Assembly (NCBI GenBank): GCA_038134595.1
Contig: JAYPVM010000001.1
Span: forward strand, 262,299 to 326,298
Direction of reading: 5' to 3'
Length of the DNA: 64,000 nt
DNA from: Pseudomonadota bacterium
Lineage (GTDB): Bacteria; Bdellovibrionota_C; UBA2361; OMII01
Every line of letters begins with the position of its first letter. Within the stretch, counting starts at the first letter, position 1. The notes under the pieces are model-generated. The model did no database searches, was not told where the DNA came from, and worked only from the letters and a program-made list of their open reading frames with translations. Below are positions 49,527 to 60,227 of this stretch, in pieces. Position numbers and translations under genes: made by a program.

Positions 49527-49997
49527 ATGAGATACATTCTACTAGCAGTTTTGTTGGCAGTCTTTGGGGTGCGACCTTGCAGCTGTCAGGAGATAAGCAG
49601 GGCCGAGCTCGATAAGAGCGCATACCGAGTATATCAGCAGGTTTTCAGTCCGTTTTGTCCAGGTAGGTCGCTCAACGATTGTCCGAGTTCTAAGGCCCAT
49701 GACTTAAAAATGGAGCTCCGAGAGCAGCTGGCTCAAGGGGTTTCGGAACCTGATGTGCTTGAGGGAGTATTCGCAAAATACGGAGATAAGTATCGAGCAA
49801 TTCCTCGATATGTCGGATTTGGTAAGCTTGTATGGTGGATTCCGCTCGCATTTATTTTGCTCGGGGGAGCGCTCGTCCTGCGAAGAGCGACGATTAAGAA
49901 GCAAAAGGCTCCATCGAGTGCGTCAGAGGAGGCTATGGTCTTACTGAATCAAGAGCTTCAGGAGCAGATTGAGCAAGAACTTTCCAAGCTTGACTGA
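49527..49997 (+). CDS. ccmH: CcmH/CycL-like cytochrome c biogenesis protein (variant Cys spacing)
   Basis: Signal, SPFCPGRSLNDCPS, FAKYG..P..LVWWIP TM. Confidence 0.7.
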   Translation: MRYILLAVLLAVFGVRPCSCQEISRAELDKSAYRVYQQVFSPFCPGRSLNDCPSSKAHDLKMELREQLAQGVSEPDVLEGVFAKYGDKYRAIPRYVGFGKLVWWIPLAFILLGGALVLRRATIKKQKAPSSASEEAMVLLNQELQEQIEQELSKLD

Positions 49998-50260
49998 CGG
50001 TCTATCATTATTCTGTACCTACAATCTCTATCTGCCCTGTTTTTTTACTATTTTCAGGTATGCTGATGCTCTTTTGATACCGCGAGTCCCTGTCTGTTTA
50101 AGATAGCAATAGTTAATTTGCGTAAGAATTTCGTTTGCGAGACAATTTCCCTCGGGCCTTTTCTCGGCTCTGTTTAGGTTCTTAACCGGTTTTCTTTACA
50201 TCAATAGTAAGTACCTCCGCAGTGTAGGCGCTGGAAATTTTCTCCGGGTGCGATTTTGTC

Positions 50261-50977
50261 ATGCACAACGGTGATGGAGGAAGAGGATCAAGGATAGATT
50301 ACATGGGCCTTCAAGCATATAGCGATGCATATCGAGACGTTGCTCCCAGCCGAGTAGAGCCATGCCGGGCGCGAGACTTCCAGTCTCAGCACTTACGGGG
50401 GGGGTATAGACTGCGATCAGTCAGCGAGCGAGATCGCCACAGTGATAGAAAGGCAATATTGAGACAAGTGGTCTCTATTGTTTTATTAGCAGTTTTTTCT
50501 GCCTGCATTATCCGTGGGCTTTTCTTCGAAACGTTTTATGTTCCATCCGCCTCGATGGAGCCACTGTTGCAAGTAGACGATCATATATTAGTCTCGAAGG
50601 CTTCATATGGAGTCAGGCTTACCAACGGTACGAGGCTTGCCACTCCCGAACGAGGAGATGTTGTTGTGTTTAAGAGAAGTGACGATCCTTCTACGCAAGA
50701 AGACGAAAGTAGTCGTGCGATGGTTAAGCGAGTGGTGGCTGTTTCTGGTGATGTTGTGGCAGTGAGAGGAGATGATGTACGCGTTTTATCTTCTTTGTCG
50801 GATAAGCTTGCTGGCAAATTACAAAATACTTCAAAGGCAGCTAGGGTATACACCATTCCTGACAATTCGGTCTTTGTTGTTGGCGATAATCGTGAGGTTT
50901 CATACGATTCTCGGTACTGGAGAGAGCCATTTGTATCTGTTGAGCAAGTTATTGGCAAAGTGATGCTGGTATATTAA
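50261..50977 (+). CDS. lepB: Second signal peptidase I paralog
   Basis: VPSASMEPLL, RGDVVVF, VKRVVA, GDNREVSYDSRYW. Confidence 0.88.
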   Translation: MHNGDGGRGSRIDYMGLQAYSDAYRDVAPSRVEPCRARDFQSQHLRGGYRLRSVSERDRHSDRKAILRQVVSIVLLAVFSACIIRGLFFETFYVPSASMEPLLQVDDHILVSKASYGVRLTNGTRLATPERGDVVVFKRSDDPSTQEDESSRAMVKRVVAVSGDVVAVRGDDVRVLSSLSDKLAGKLQNTSKAARVYTIPDNSVFVVGDNREVSYDSRYWREPFVSVEQVIGKVMLVY

Positions 50978-51037
50978 TCTTCGAGCGCCGTCTATCTGCT
51001 CAGAATGTCCGCTGAAACGGTTTTTTAAAGAATCCAT

Positions 51038-53563
51038 ATGACTAAGAACCCTACATCAGTTGAGGTTTTATCGCCGGTTGGTGATTGGAATATGTTGCGA
51101 GCCGCAGTGCATAACGGCGCTGATGCGGTATATCTTGGGATGCCACACTTTAATGCAAGAGGAAGATCGCCTACCCTATCACTAGATGAATTGGAGGCGA
51201 TGATTCGGTATGCGCATCTTTATGGCGTTCGAGTGCTTATCGCTTGTAATATTCTTATCTTTGAATCAGAGCTTGACGAGCTTTCACGACTTCTACGTGA
51301 GGTTATTTCTCTTGCGCCAGATGCGATAATCGTCCAAGACATCGGCATCGCGCGTCTCATACGGAGTATTTCGCCGCAACAACGTATACATGCATCCACC
51401 CAGATGACTGTAACTAATGCAGAAGCTATTGCTCTCACTGAGGAGCTTGGTTTCGAGCGATACGTTCTCGGTCGTGAAGTGTCTTTAGATGAAATCCGCC
51501 GAATTAGGAGTGAGACAGAGAGGGACTTAGAGGTCTTTGTCCATGGAGCGCTGTGTGTGTCGTATTCAGGGCAATGTCTAACATCGGAGAGCTTTGGTGG
51601 ACGGAGTGCCAATCGGGGACAGTGTGCCCAGTCGTGTCGATTTGAGTACGATCTACTAGTAGATGGTGTTGTGCAGAGTAGGGTGGGAAGCTCCTATCTG
51701 GTCTCTCCGCAGGATCTTTGTGGGCTCTCGGAGATACAGACTTTGAAAGAGATCGGTGTTAATTCATTTAAGATCGAAGGGAGATTAAAGTCGCCAGCAT
51801 ATGTCGCGGCAACCGCTCGAGCTTATAAGCATGTTGCAACCGAGTCTTGCGATGATGAAACGCTGGGTAAATATCGCTCGGAGCTGGCTAAGGTTTATTC
51901 GAGAGGATTCTATTCAGGGTGGCTCCACGGAGTAAACCATCAAGAACTAGTTAATCCCAAAATTAACAGTCATCATGGGATTCAGTTAGGAGGTGTGATT
52001 GAAGTTCGACCCGATGGGATCCTTGTAGACAGCATTGAACCTCTGTGCGCGGGAGACGGGGTCGTTTTTCGCAACGCCTCGACGGGAGCAGAAGTCGGCG
52101 CGGTAATTTATTCAAGCTCCCGCGATGGAAAGAATTGGTTGTTGTCATTTGCCAATTCCTTTAAGCACGAAGAGTTGGTGTCAAAGGGTGCAGTGGTATT
52201 TCTTAATTCAAGCCCGCAGATTGTGCGGGGTCTTGAGCGAAGCTTTAACGATAGGTCTTTGTTAAAGAAGATCCCGGTTGCGATGCGGGTGCTTGGTATG
52301 CCGGGTAAGCGGCTCTGTATTTATTGTAGTGATGATAGTGGCAACACCGTCGAGGTGTCTTCGACAAGCGCATTAGAAGCCGCTAGTAATGCACCCCTCA
52401 CTGCTGAGCGTGTGCAAGAGGTGTTGGGAGCGCTTGGTGGAAGTGTGTTTAAGCTCGATAGTTTTTCGTTTGAAGTTTCTGGCTTAACCTTTCTGCATCA
52501 CCGAGAGCTAAAGCAGCTTCGCCGTGAAGTAGTAGATGCTTTGTGTGCGAAACGGATGAAGCGAGATGTTCCACAGATGACGGTTGAGACCGAGGCTTTG
52601 GTGGAGCAAATGAGAGCACCGAAGAGATTTAAGGATCCCAATACGCCACAGCTTTCCTTGTTGGTGCGGTCGATTGAGCAACTCGATGCTTTGGATGGAT
52701 TGCCGTTAGATTGTATTTATCTTGATTTCGAATTTGGTAAAGAATACGGAGAAGCACAAGAGAGGGTCCGTAGTATGGGTTTTCGATGCGGTATTGCAAC
52801 GACTCGGATCCTTAAGCCTAATGAGCTAGGGCATCTTAAAGTTATCGAGCGCCTCAAGCCGGATGTCGTACTGATACGAAACCTTGGAGCACTACAATAC
52901 TTTCGAGAGAAAAAAATATCGATGGTAGGTGATTTTAGCCTCAACGTTACCAATTCCCTCTCTGCTGAGTGGTTTTCAGGCAAGGGGCTTGTACGAATGT
53001 GTCCGAGTTATGATTTGAGCGCACAGCAGTTGTACGACTTACTAGACGCTTTTCCGCAGGGAGATTTCGAAGTGACAGTGCACCATTATATGCCCGCATT
53101 CCATATGGAGCATTGCGTCTTTGCAGCATTTTTGAGTAGTGGGTCAAGTTATCGTGATTGTGGCAAGCCGTGTGAAAAGCACCGTGTTTCGCTCCGAGAT
53201 CCCCAAGGCAATGAGCACCCGCTTAAAGCTGATGCTGAGTGCCGCAATACGATGTTTAGTGGCGTATCGCAGTCTGCGGTATCAATTCTCTCGGACCTGC
53301 GCCAGCGCGGGGTACGTGCCTTTCGCATTGAGGGTTTGTTTGAGACGAGCAAAGAACTCGCAGAAAAAGTAGTATTATATGCGAAGCTTCTCGATGGGGC
53401 TATTAGTGAGCAAGAGGCGCGACGATCTCTAGGAGGAATTGAGCGCTTTGGTATTACCGATGGGCAGCTCTATGCTATCGGTAGTCACAAGTCTAGAAAG
53501 AAGGACTTTCTCCCAGTTGGTGAACTCGAGCGGGTTGTTGATCCAGCGATAAAGTTACTGTGA
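51038..53563 (+). CDS. Long U32 family protein (RlhA-like RNA hydroxylase candidate)
   Basis: GADAVYLG..FNAR, HASTQM, EVFVHGALCVSYSGQC, NRGQCAQSCR, KIEGR. Confidence 0.88.
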   Translation: MTKNPTSVEVLSPVGDWNMLRAAVHNGADAVYLGMPHFNARGRSPTLSLDELEAMIRYAHLYGVRVLIACNILIFESELDELSRLLREVISLAPDAIIVQDIGIARLIRSISPQQRIHASTQMTVTNAEAIALTEELGFERYVLGREVSLDEIRRIRSETERDLEVFVHGALCVSYSGQCLTSESFGGRSANRGQCAQSCRFEYDLLVDGVVQSRVGSSYLVSPQDLCGLSEIQTLKEIGVNSFKIEGRLKSPAYVAATARAYKHVATESCDDETLGKYRSELAKVYSRGFYSGWLHGVNHQELVNPKINSHHGIQLGGVIEVRPDGILVDSIEPLCAGDGVVFRNASTGAEVGAVIYSSSRDGKNWLLSFANSFKHEELVSKGAVVFLNSSPQIVRGLERSFNDRSLLKKIPVAMRVLGMPGKRLCIYCSDDSGNTVEVSSTSALEAASNAPLTAERVQEVLGALGGSVFKLDSFSFEVSGLTFLHHRELKQLRREVVDALCAKRMKRDVPQMTVETEALVEQMRAPKRFKDPNTPQLSLLVRSIEQLDALDGLPLDCIYLDFEFGKEYGEAQERVRSMGFRCGIATTRILKPNELGHLKVIERLKPDVVLIRNLGALQYFREKKISMVGDFSLNVTNSLSAEWFSGKGLVRMCPSYDLSAQQLYDLLDAFPQGDFEVTVHHYMPAFHMEHCVFAAFLSSGSSYRDCGKPCEKHRVSLRDPQGNEHPLKADAECRNTMFSGVSQSAVSILSDLRQRGVRAFRIEGLFETSKELAEKVVLYAKLLDGAISEQEARRSLGGIERFGITDGQLYAIGSHKSRKKDFLPVGELERVVDPAIKLL

Positions 53564-53691
53564 CGTTTTCCCAGATAGCTCATCAGATAAAGAGCATAGG
53601 ACAAGCAGGGATGTTTTTATCCCAATCGGACTCTGTTGCTTGTCAGAAGTCACCGGACTGCCTACTATGAAAGTATCGGAGGAAGGATACC

Positions 53692-54336
53692 TTGACTGAC
53701 GATTTTAACACACATAGAAGAGACTATACGCTGGGGGCTTTATCTGAGGATCAGATAGATACCTGTCCCTTTAGACAGTTTGCGGTGTGGTACGATGAGG
53801 CCGCAAAGGTAGTTGAGGGCGAACCAAACGCATGTGCTCTCGCAACAGTTTCCTCAGCCGGGGAGCCGAGTGTTCGATTTGTTCTGCTAAAAGGCATGAC
53901 GGAAGGTGGATTTGTATTCTTTTCCCACTACGATAGCCGTAAGGGCTGTGAACTATCAAAGAACAACCGCGCGGCATTGACCTTTTATTGGCAAGAGCTT
54001 GAGAGGCAGGTTCGATTAGAGGGAGAGGTCTCGCCGATATCAAATGAAGAGTCGGATTTATACTTTGCGTCGCGACCGAGAAGTGCACAGATCGGAGCAA
54101 CGGTATCAAAGCAAAGCAGAGTTTTATCAGGTCGCAGTGAATTGGAGTCGGCGATCAATGAAGCTTCAGCGGCTTTCGCAGGTACTCCCATACTGAGACC
54201 CTCTACATGGGGCGGATATCGACTACTCCCAGCTCGGTATGAATTCTGGCAAGGACGCCCTGATAGGCTACACGATAGATTGCAGTATCGAAGAGATAAA
54301 CAGGGAGGTTGGATAGTGGAGCGACTGTGGCCGTAG
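53692..54336 (+). CDS. pdxH: Pyridoxine/pyridoxamine 5'-phosphate oxidase
   Basis: RFVLLKG, SRKG, RQVRLEG, EFWQGRPDRLHDR, RLWP. Confidence 0.96.
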   Translation: MTDDFNTHRRDYTLGALSEDQIDTCPFRQFAVWYDEAAKVVEGEPNACALATVSSAGEPSVRFVLLKGMTEGGFVFFSHYDSRKGCELSKNNRAALTFYWQELERQVRLEGEVSPISNEESDLYFASRPRSAQIGATVSKQSRVLSGRSELESAINEASAAFAGTPILRPSTWGGYRLLPARYEFWQGRPDRLHDRLQYRRDKQGGWIVERLWP

Positions 54337-55208
54337 CAAGTGAAAATCCGCACTGTTTGCTCTTAGGGGGCGGATATACGCTCCAACGCCTTGCGGCGAT
54401 GATGCCTCAGGGCTCCTTTGTTATCACCTCGCGTAATAGGGAGCGGTGTGCCGCATGGATTAGGCAGGGATGGCTCGCTGAAACCCTATCTATAGATGAT
54501 AGTGAACGGTTAGCTCAGATTCTGGCGCAATATCCGAGTATAAAGGTTATCGTTGATAGCGTGCCACCATTACGTGACGGAGAGCCAGCACGAGGTGTGT
54601 CGTCGGTTGTCTCGTGTTTACAGAGTTCTCAGATATCCCGTCTCATATATCTGAGTACAACAGGCGTATACGGCGTGCTTGATGGATCAGTGGTAGACGA
54701 ATCAACTCCGTGCAATCCACACTCTCCCGGTGGCCGAGCGCGCAGGAGTTCAGAGGAGCTGTACCGAAGTCTTTCGAGAACGTGCAATGTTACAGTGCTG
54801 AGGTTGCCAGCGATCTATAATTTCGACCGTGGACTGCGAAGTGCCATCTGTTCTGGGCGTTATCGCATTATCGGCGACGGTTCGCAGTGGACGAATCGAA
54901 TTCATGTGGATGATTTAGTTGAAATTATCAGGTTGAGCATAACGTTTTCGGGGATACTTCCGGACGTGCTGTGTGTGTCAGATGATTTAAAGGCGACAGC
55001 GTCTGAGGTTGCCGCCTTTATTTGCGAGCGTGAGGGCCTACCGATGCCAGAATCGATCACGCGCGAGGAGGCGATAGCGCAGGGGCTTCATACAATGCTC
55101 TCGAATCAACGGGTTGATAACTCGCTAATGAAGAGAATATTAGGCGTTGCATTACGCTACCCGTCGTACCGAGAAGGCTTTTTTTCTGACCTGCAGACAA
55201 AGCCCTAG
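54309..55208 (+). CDS. NAD-dependent epimerase/dehydratase (extended SDR)
   Basis: LGGGY, YLSTTGVYG, NRIHVDD, LRYPSYREG. Confidence 0.85.
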   Translation: MDSGATVAVASENPHCLLLGGGYTLQRLAAMMPQGSFVITSRNRERCAAWIRQGWLAETLSIDDSERLAQILAQYPSIKVIVDSVPPLRDGEPARGVSSVVSCLQSSQISRLIYLSTTGVYGVLDGSVVDESTPCNPHSPGGRARRSSEELYRSLSRTCNVTVLRLPAIYNFDRGLRSAICSGRYRIIGDGSQWTNRIHVDDLVEIIRLSITFSGILPDVLCVSDDLKATASEVAAFICEREGLPMPESITREEAIAQGLHTMLSNQRVDNSLMKRILGVALRYPSYREGFFSDLQTKP

Positions 55209-55219
55209 AGGAGAGGAAA

Positions 55220-56653
55220 GTGTTATACAAGACATACGCGAGAAAGGAGACACATCCCGCCCGAATTGGAGCTTTAGGTCGATTGTATGGATTAGATGCG
55301 GCGCCTGCATCTTCGTGCAAGCTTCTTGAGTTTGCCTGTGGAAATGGCTTGAATATAATTCCGCTTGCTCTGCAATATCCAGATTCCTTTTTCGTGGGTA
55401 TCGATAGCAACCAAGAGCTTATCGAGCAAGGAATGGTGCTCATTAAAGAGTTGGAGCTCACTAACATTGTGCTTGAGTGTGTCTCGATTGAATCATATCA
55501 CCCCACCATATCCGCATACGATTACGTAGTGTGCCATGGGCTTTACTCGTGGGTAGATTCTCAATCGCAGGAAGCAATTTTACAGAGGGGGGTCACTGCT
55601 CTTAAGGAGCATGGCGTGTTTTATGTAAGCTACAATACTCTTCCAGGATGGCGACAGCGGGGGGTTGTGCGAGATATTCTATCGTATGGAGCGTCTCTTA
55701 ATGGGTATGTCAATGGCGAAACCCCATACGAAAGAGCGGTAGCGTTTGCCAATATAATTGAACAGTGTGAGGAGGGGGTCAGTCCTTATGTAAAGGAGGC
55801 GCTCGGAAAGCTTAGTGAAGCATCGCCCTCGTACGTAGTTCAGGAGTTTTTAGATCAATATAACGAGCCGATTCTGTTTTCGACATTTATGCAGGCAGCG
55901 ACTAATCACGGACTTCAATATCTTTCCGAGTGTCGGGTTGTAATGATGTCTACAGATGATTTAGGTGATGGACTAAAAGAACTCTTAAGGCGGTGCGGCG
56001 AAGATAGGATCGCACAGGAGCAGATAATAGATATCGCAAGGAATCGCACCTTCCGAGAGACTCTGCTGTGTCACGAATCAGCTTCTCTGACAGAGGGACT
56101 ACCTATTTCAGCGTTCAAAGAGCTTTACTTTGCCTCAAAGTATGTACCGATGAGCTCACCCGAAATGGAAAAAGGAGATCTCAGAGAAGGGGGCCTGTTT
56201 AAGGAGCGATTTTTGGGTAAGGAGATTGCGCTACCAACGGGAGATTTTACGGCGCTTCTGCGCGTGGTTGAGGTGTTGGGTGTTTTTGGAGGTTCCTACC
56301 AAGAACTTGAGGAGACTGCTATTACTGCTCTTGGATGTTCAGCCGAGCAGGTGCTTCAGAGTGCCGTAACTCTTTGGAGATCAGGATTTATAGATTTATT
56401 GTGTGAGCCCTTGGTGACACAGCGAGGCCAAGAATCGCTGAGGAAGTTGATGAAGCGTCAGCTAGAAAATGGTGATAAGGTAACGAGTCCCTTGCATGAA
56501 TCATATGCCATAGAGGGGCGAGAGAGGAGCGTACTGGGTGCGGTTGTTGAGTGTGCAACAGGTGAGGAGCGAGAGCGTCTGGTCAAGGATACTGCGATCA
56601 CTCAGGGAGGGGCTGAAGTGTTATACAATCTACGGTGTATTGGTTTGCTTTGA
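55220..56653 (+). CDS. Class I SAM methyltransferase with regulatory domain
   Basis: LEFACGNG, YDYVVCHGLYSWV, YVSYNTLPGW, NRTFRETLL. Confidence 0.85.
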   Translation: MLYKTYARKETHPARIGALGRLYGLDAAPASSCKLLEFACGNGLNIIPLALQYPDSFFVGIDSNQELIEQGMVLIKELELTNIVLECVSIESYHPTISAYDYVVCHGLYSWVDSQSQEAILQRGVTALKEHGVFYVSYNTLPGWRQRGVVRDILSYGASLNGYVNGETPYERAVAFANIIEQCEEGVSPYVKEALGKLSEASPSYVVQEFLDQYNEPILFSTFMQAATNHGLQYLSECRVVMMSTDDLGDGLKELLRRCGEDRIAQEQIIDIARNRTFRETLLCHESASLTEGLPISAFKELYFASKYVPMSSPEMEKGDLREGGLFKERFLGKEIALPTGDFTALLRVVEVLGVFGGSYQELEETAITALGCSAEQVLQSAVTLWRSGFIDLLCEPLVTQRGQESLRKLMKRQLENGDKVTSPLHESYAIEGRERSVLGAVVECATGEERERLVKDTAITQGGAEVLYNLRCIGLL

Positions 56654-56765
56654 AAAGATGTGTTGGATGACAGTTGTTTTCTTTTGACAGTCTGATATTT
56701 ACATAGGTCTTACCAGTGGCTTTCTATTCTTGACTTTCGTTCATCTGCCGACGTACGCTCTTTCA

Positions 56766-57458
56766 GTGTCAACCTTTCTCCTCCATCAAGAATCTAGTTA
56801 TGTGGCGTTGCTTGCTGACTCGTTTGGAGCGAAGTCTCACGGCGCTGGAGTCGCTGCTGCATCCCTTCCAGTTGTCGCGCCGAAGCTCGTTAATTTAGCG
56901 ACTGGTGTTTATGCAGCACACGCGGGAACCTTTCAACCGGCGATCGATATGCTCTCTGATCTGGGGGAGAGGCTTCCAGAGGCGATAACGTGGGAAGCCA
57001 TGACTTCGGGTATGAAAGAAATTGGAGATCGCGTCTATACTCGATATAAAGAGATTTTCAAATCGAATTCCTTTGATGTTCGAATAGCCATCATTGTGAC
57101 AGGCGATAGGCGACATCCTTCTGATATAGAGCGCAACATCGGCTCTTCCATCCTACTATGGGAGCTAGCACGAGCATTTGAACCACATCGTGTCACAGGA
57201 CACATATACTTTGGAGGAAGCGTTGTCCTAACCGAGTTTGCGACTGATATTCTCGCACAACCACTACTTGCTGGGATGCTACGGCAAGGCCCACTTGCTG
57301 CAGCACAGGCTCTTGTTGCAACTCACGCCGCGCTTTCGAAATTGAGTTCGACGATATCTGCTGAACCTAACGTGGTTATCATCGGCGATGGTGATGAGCA
57401 TACTGTGCTCCACGGTGCTCTGTTGACTCTTGCGCAGGCAAGGCTTGTGAAGGGGTAG
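56766..57458 (+). CDS. Hypothetical protein, possible Ntn-hydrolase (proteasome beta-like) fold
   Basis: From GTG 56766: (M)STFLLH..VALLADS..PKLVNL..VYAAHAG. Confidence 0.5.
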   Translation: MSTFLLHQESSYVALLADSFGAKSHGAGVAAASLPVVAPKLVNLATGVYAAHAGTFQPAIDMLSDLGERLPEAITWEAMTSGMKEIGDRVYTRYKEIFKSNSFDVRIAIIVTGDRRHPSDIERNIGSSILLWELARAFEPHRVTGHIYFGGSVVLTEFATDILAQPLLAGMLRQGPLAAAQALVATHAALSKLSSTISAEPNVVIIGDGDEHTVLHGALLTLAQARLVKG

Positions 57459-57623
57459 GCTAGGGTCATGCGCGCGCCTGCTGTTAGATATCGCATTGGT
57501 TTTTTTGGCGGGATATGGAACACATGACGGTATTGGATGTAGCGTGTTGGACTCATGGATAAAGCTGTGTGAGGCATACGTACGGTTTTGATTGTAATGG
57601 TTATTATTGGGGTTGATGGGTTT

Positions 57624-58802
57624 TTAACGTGAGATATCCGCTGATGTTAGCGGTAAGGTAATAGTGAAGGTGGATCCCATGTCTTTTCCGGGGCTCTTTG
57701 CTTCGAGTGTTCCTCCATGTTGTTCGATTATGTGTTTGGCTATTGTTAGACCTAGCCCAAGACCTGCAGAGTGGTTGGCATCGCGTACATGCCGTTGGAC
57801 GTAACGTTCGAATATTTGGGGAAGCAACTCTCCATCGATTCCTTGTCCAGTATCTGAAATTAAAATATGCACTGAAGAATTCTCTACCGATGTTACAATA
57901 GAGATGGATCCTTTATGTGGTGTAAATTTCACTGCATTTGCAATAAGGTTACCAAGTGCCTGTTGAAAGCGAGTGTGGTCGATGGAAACGGCAACATCTT
58001 CTTCGTGTTTCCTGACTGATAGGGATATATGCTTCTCTTTTGCAATCGGGTAGAAGGTTTTTATAGCTTTGTCAATCTGCTCATTGAGCTTGCCATTTGT
58101 TGGCGTTAAGGACATTTTACCGGAGATGATTCTATTCATGTCTAGGGTATCTGAAACAAGCTTACTCAGCAGCCAGGCATTTTGCTCGATAACCTCTAGT
58201 GCCGTTGATACTTTTTCGGCATCCAGTGATTCTTTGTGCATGATTTGGATCCAGCCTAGAGTTGAGTTTAAGGGGTTTCGTAGCTCATGAGCAAGATTTG
58301 CAATAAATGTATCTTTTGATCGCAGAGTTTTCTCCGTCTCTGCCTTGAGAGCTTGGTCTATAGCTAGTTTTGTTCGTAGCTGTGCTTCTTGTTCTTGAGA
58401 GGTGTAGAGCTCGGTAAGATCTTCACAGTAGATAATGATACCATCTGGGGTGGTGCTGTCAGCATTGGTCTGCCACGGTTGTATTTCCCAGGCTAGCCAT
58501 TGCGTTGTTTCATCGTGACGCTTAAATTTCTCACCGGGGTTGTGCTCTGTTGCGCCGTTTAGACATCTCTTATGAATTTCTTTCCATTGTGGTGGTATTT
58601 CGGGGAAGATCTCGTAATGGCTAAGTCCGTTTACTGAAGCAAGCGGAATCTTGAAATCTTCAAGCCAGCGTTTGCTCGCTGTGATGTAACGCATGGAGCG
58701 GTCAAGCATTGCAATTGCAACAGGGGCCTTCATTATGAAAATCTGGAGTAGTTCAACGGGTGTCGTATCTGATGAGAATGTTATCGAAGAGGAGTTTTTC
58801 AT
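57624..58802 (-). CDS. PAS-domain sensor histidine kinase
   Basis: PAS (APVAIAMLD), H-box LAHELRNPL, NLIANAVKFT, DTGQGI, GLGLGL. Confidence 0.93.
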   Translation of the reverse strand: MKNSSSITFSSDTTPVELLQIFIMKAPVAIAMLDRSMRYITASKRWLEDFKIPLASVNGLSHYEIFPEIPPQWKEIHKRCLNGATEHNPGEKFKRHDETTQWLAWEIQPWQTNADSTTPDGIIIYCEDLTELYTSQEQEAQLRTKLAIDQALKAETEKTLRSKDTFIANLAHELRNPLNSTLGWIQIMHKESLDAEKVSTALEVIEQNAWLLSKLVSDTLDMNRIISGKMSLTPTNGKLNEQIDKAIKTFYPIAKEKHISLSVRKHEEDVAVSIDHTRFQQALGNLIANAVKFTPHKGSISIVTSVENSSVHILISDTGQGIDGELLPQIFERYVQRHVRDANHSAGLGLGLTIAKHIIEQHGGTLEAKSPGKDMGSTFTITLPLTSADISR

Positions 58803-59007
58803 TGTACCTGTCCATGCGTAATTCCTCTCAGCGAGAGGCAGTAGTGGGTCGGTTTTTTCTGTATGACAAATATGTCACTCGATACAAGCTGCACATGCCC
58901 TACACATGAGCCTGCAGATCTAGTCAACACCAACTTGCTAAGCTGTTGTATAATGTTCGTCATGCCGGAGATAAAAGTTTCCGACCCGGATGGTGTGATA
59001 TTCGGAT

Positions 59008-59841
59008 TTATTGGCGTCGAAGTTGTAAGACGATGCAAATACCCAGCGTTATCAGGGCCATAAATAACCATTCAAAGACATATCCGAGATGAATGTCTGG
59101 TGGAGGAGTCGTGTCGAAGAGGGGAAGGGGGTAATCTTCTTCAGGGGATTCTAGCCCGAAGTTTTGGGTGGATCCTTGTCCGGTCATTGAGAGTACATCA
59201 TTTCTCCCGGCTGAGCCTCGTTTTACGATTTCGCTAACTAGAAGTGGCTCCTCAGGGTTCTGAATGCGTTCAAGGTAAATGGGAAGGAGTGGATAAGGAA
59301 GCTGTTTTTGAATCTCTGGAATGTTGACCCGTATCCAGAGGTCTGCCCACGGCTTTTTTGTCCCCACCTCAGGATCTCGCGGAGCGAAGAGTTTTGGGGA
59401 GCTTGATAATTTCACGAGCCCATGGCCTTGAAAAAACGGTTCGCGTTGATACTGTCTTCTAACCGCTAGGGATTCTCTGCCTAGTGGGATAAACCCTCGA
59501 TCGACTAAAACATAACTACTCGACCCCTCGATTTGTAGTGGCGTTATGACATGGAATCCGGCTCTATCCTGTTTGCCTCGGTTACGACGGACGATTATTT
59601 CGCGCTCAAAGTCATAGGTGCCAGAAACGGCAACACGCCGCCACTGATCTTTCTCCCACGACCGACCTGGTATTATAAGAGTAGAGAGGTCTTGAATCGG
59701 AGCTTGTAATGTGTTTGTAAGGGTTTCAATAAGAGATTGTTTTTCGAGATGGCGATTCCACTGCCAACGTGATGCGCAAAGCATTAGAATGATTAAGAGG
59801 GCGGATATGAGAGTAGTTTTTAGTGAAAAACGAAGATACAT
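59008..59841 (-). CDS. SURF1 family protein
   Basis: WQWNR..K, GFHVITPL, VLVDRGFIP, HLGYVFEW. Confidence 0.9.
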   Translation of the reverse strand: MYLRFSLKTTLISALLIILMLCASRWQWNRHLEKQSLIETLTNTLQAPIQDLSTLIIPGRSWEKDQWRRVAVSGTYDFEREIIVRRNRGKQDRAGFHVITPLQIEGSSSYVLVDRGFIPLGRESLAVRRQYQREPFFQGHGLVKLSSSPKLFAPRDPEVGTKKPWADLWIRVNIPEIQKQLPYPLLPIYLERIQNPEEPLLVSEIVKRGSAGRNDVLSMTGQGSTQNFGLESPEEDYPLPLFDTTPPPDIHLGYVFEWLFMALITLGICIVLQLRRQ

Positions 59842-60227
59842 GGCTCATAGGGTACCTGTTTTTGGTATGGGGGAAAACTGCGAGTGTTGTTGAAAGCAAT
59901 CGATTTTATTGATGGCATGGGTTGCGTAGTTAATTGAAATGATTGATATTGTAGGGGTTTTGCTCGAGTCCCCACTCGGTGGTAGTCTAGCAGGGTGGTT
60001 AAAAATGATTTCCTGTTGCGCATTTCGATAGTTCGACTGCAACTTCGTTGGAGCCGCCGAAAAAATCCTCAACGTATCTCAGTGGATACGCCTCCGGTTT
60101 TTTCGTCGTCTCCGCCTCGTTTCGTCAAAACTCTCAAAATGCTCACGACGGAACCTTTTTTCACCACCCTGCTAGGAAAGATTCTGCCATGGGATGTGTT
60201 GGTGTTTTAGGGAGAGATTGTTAAGCG

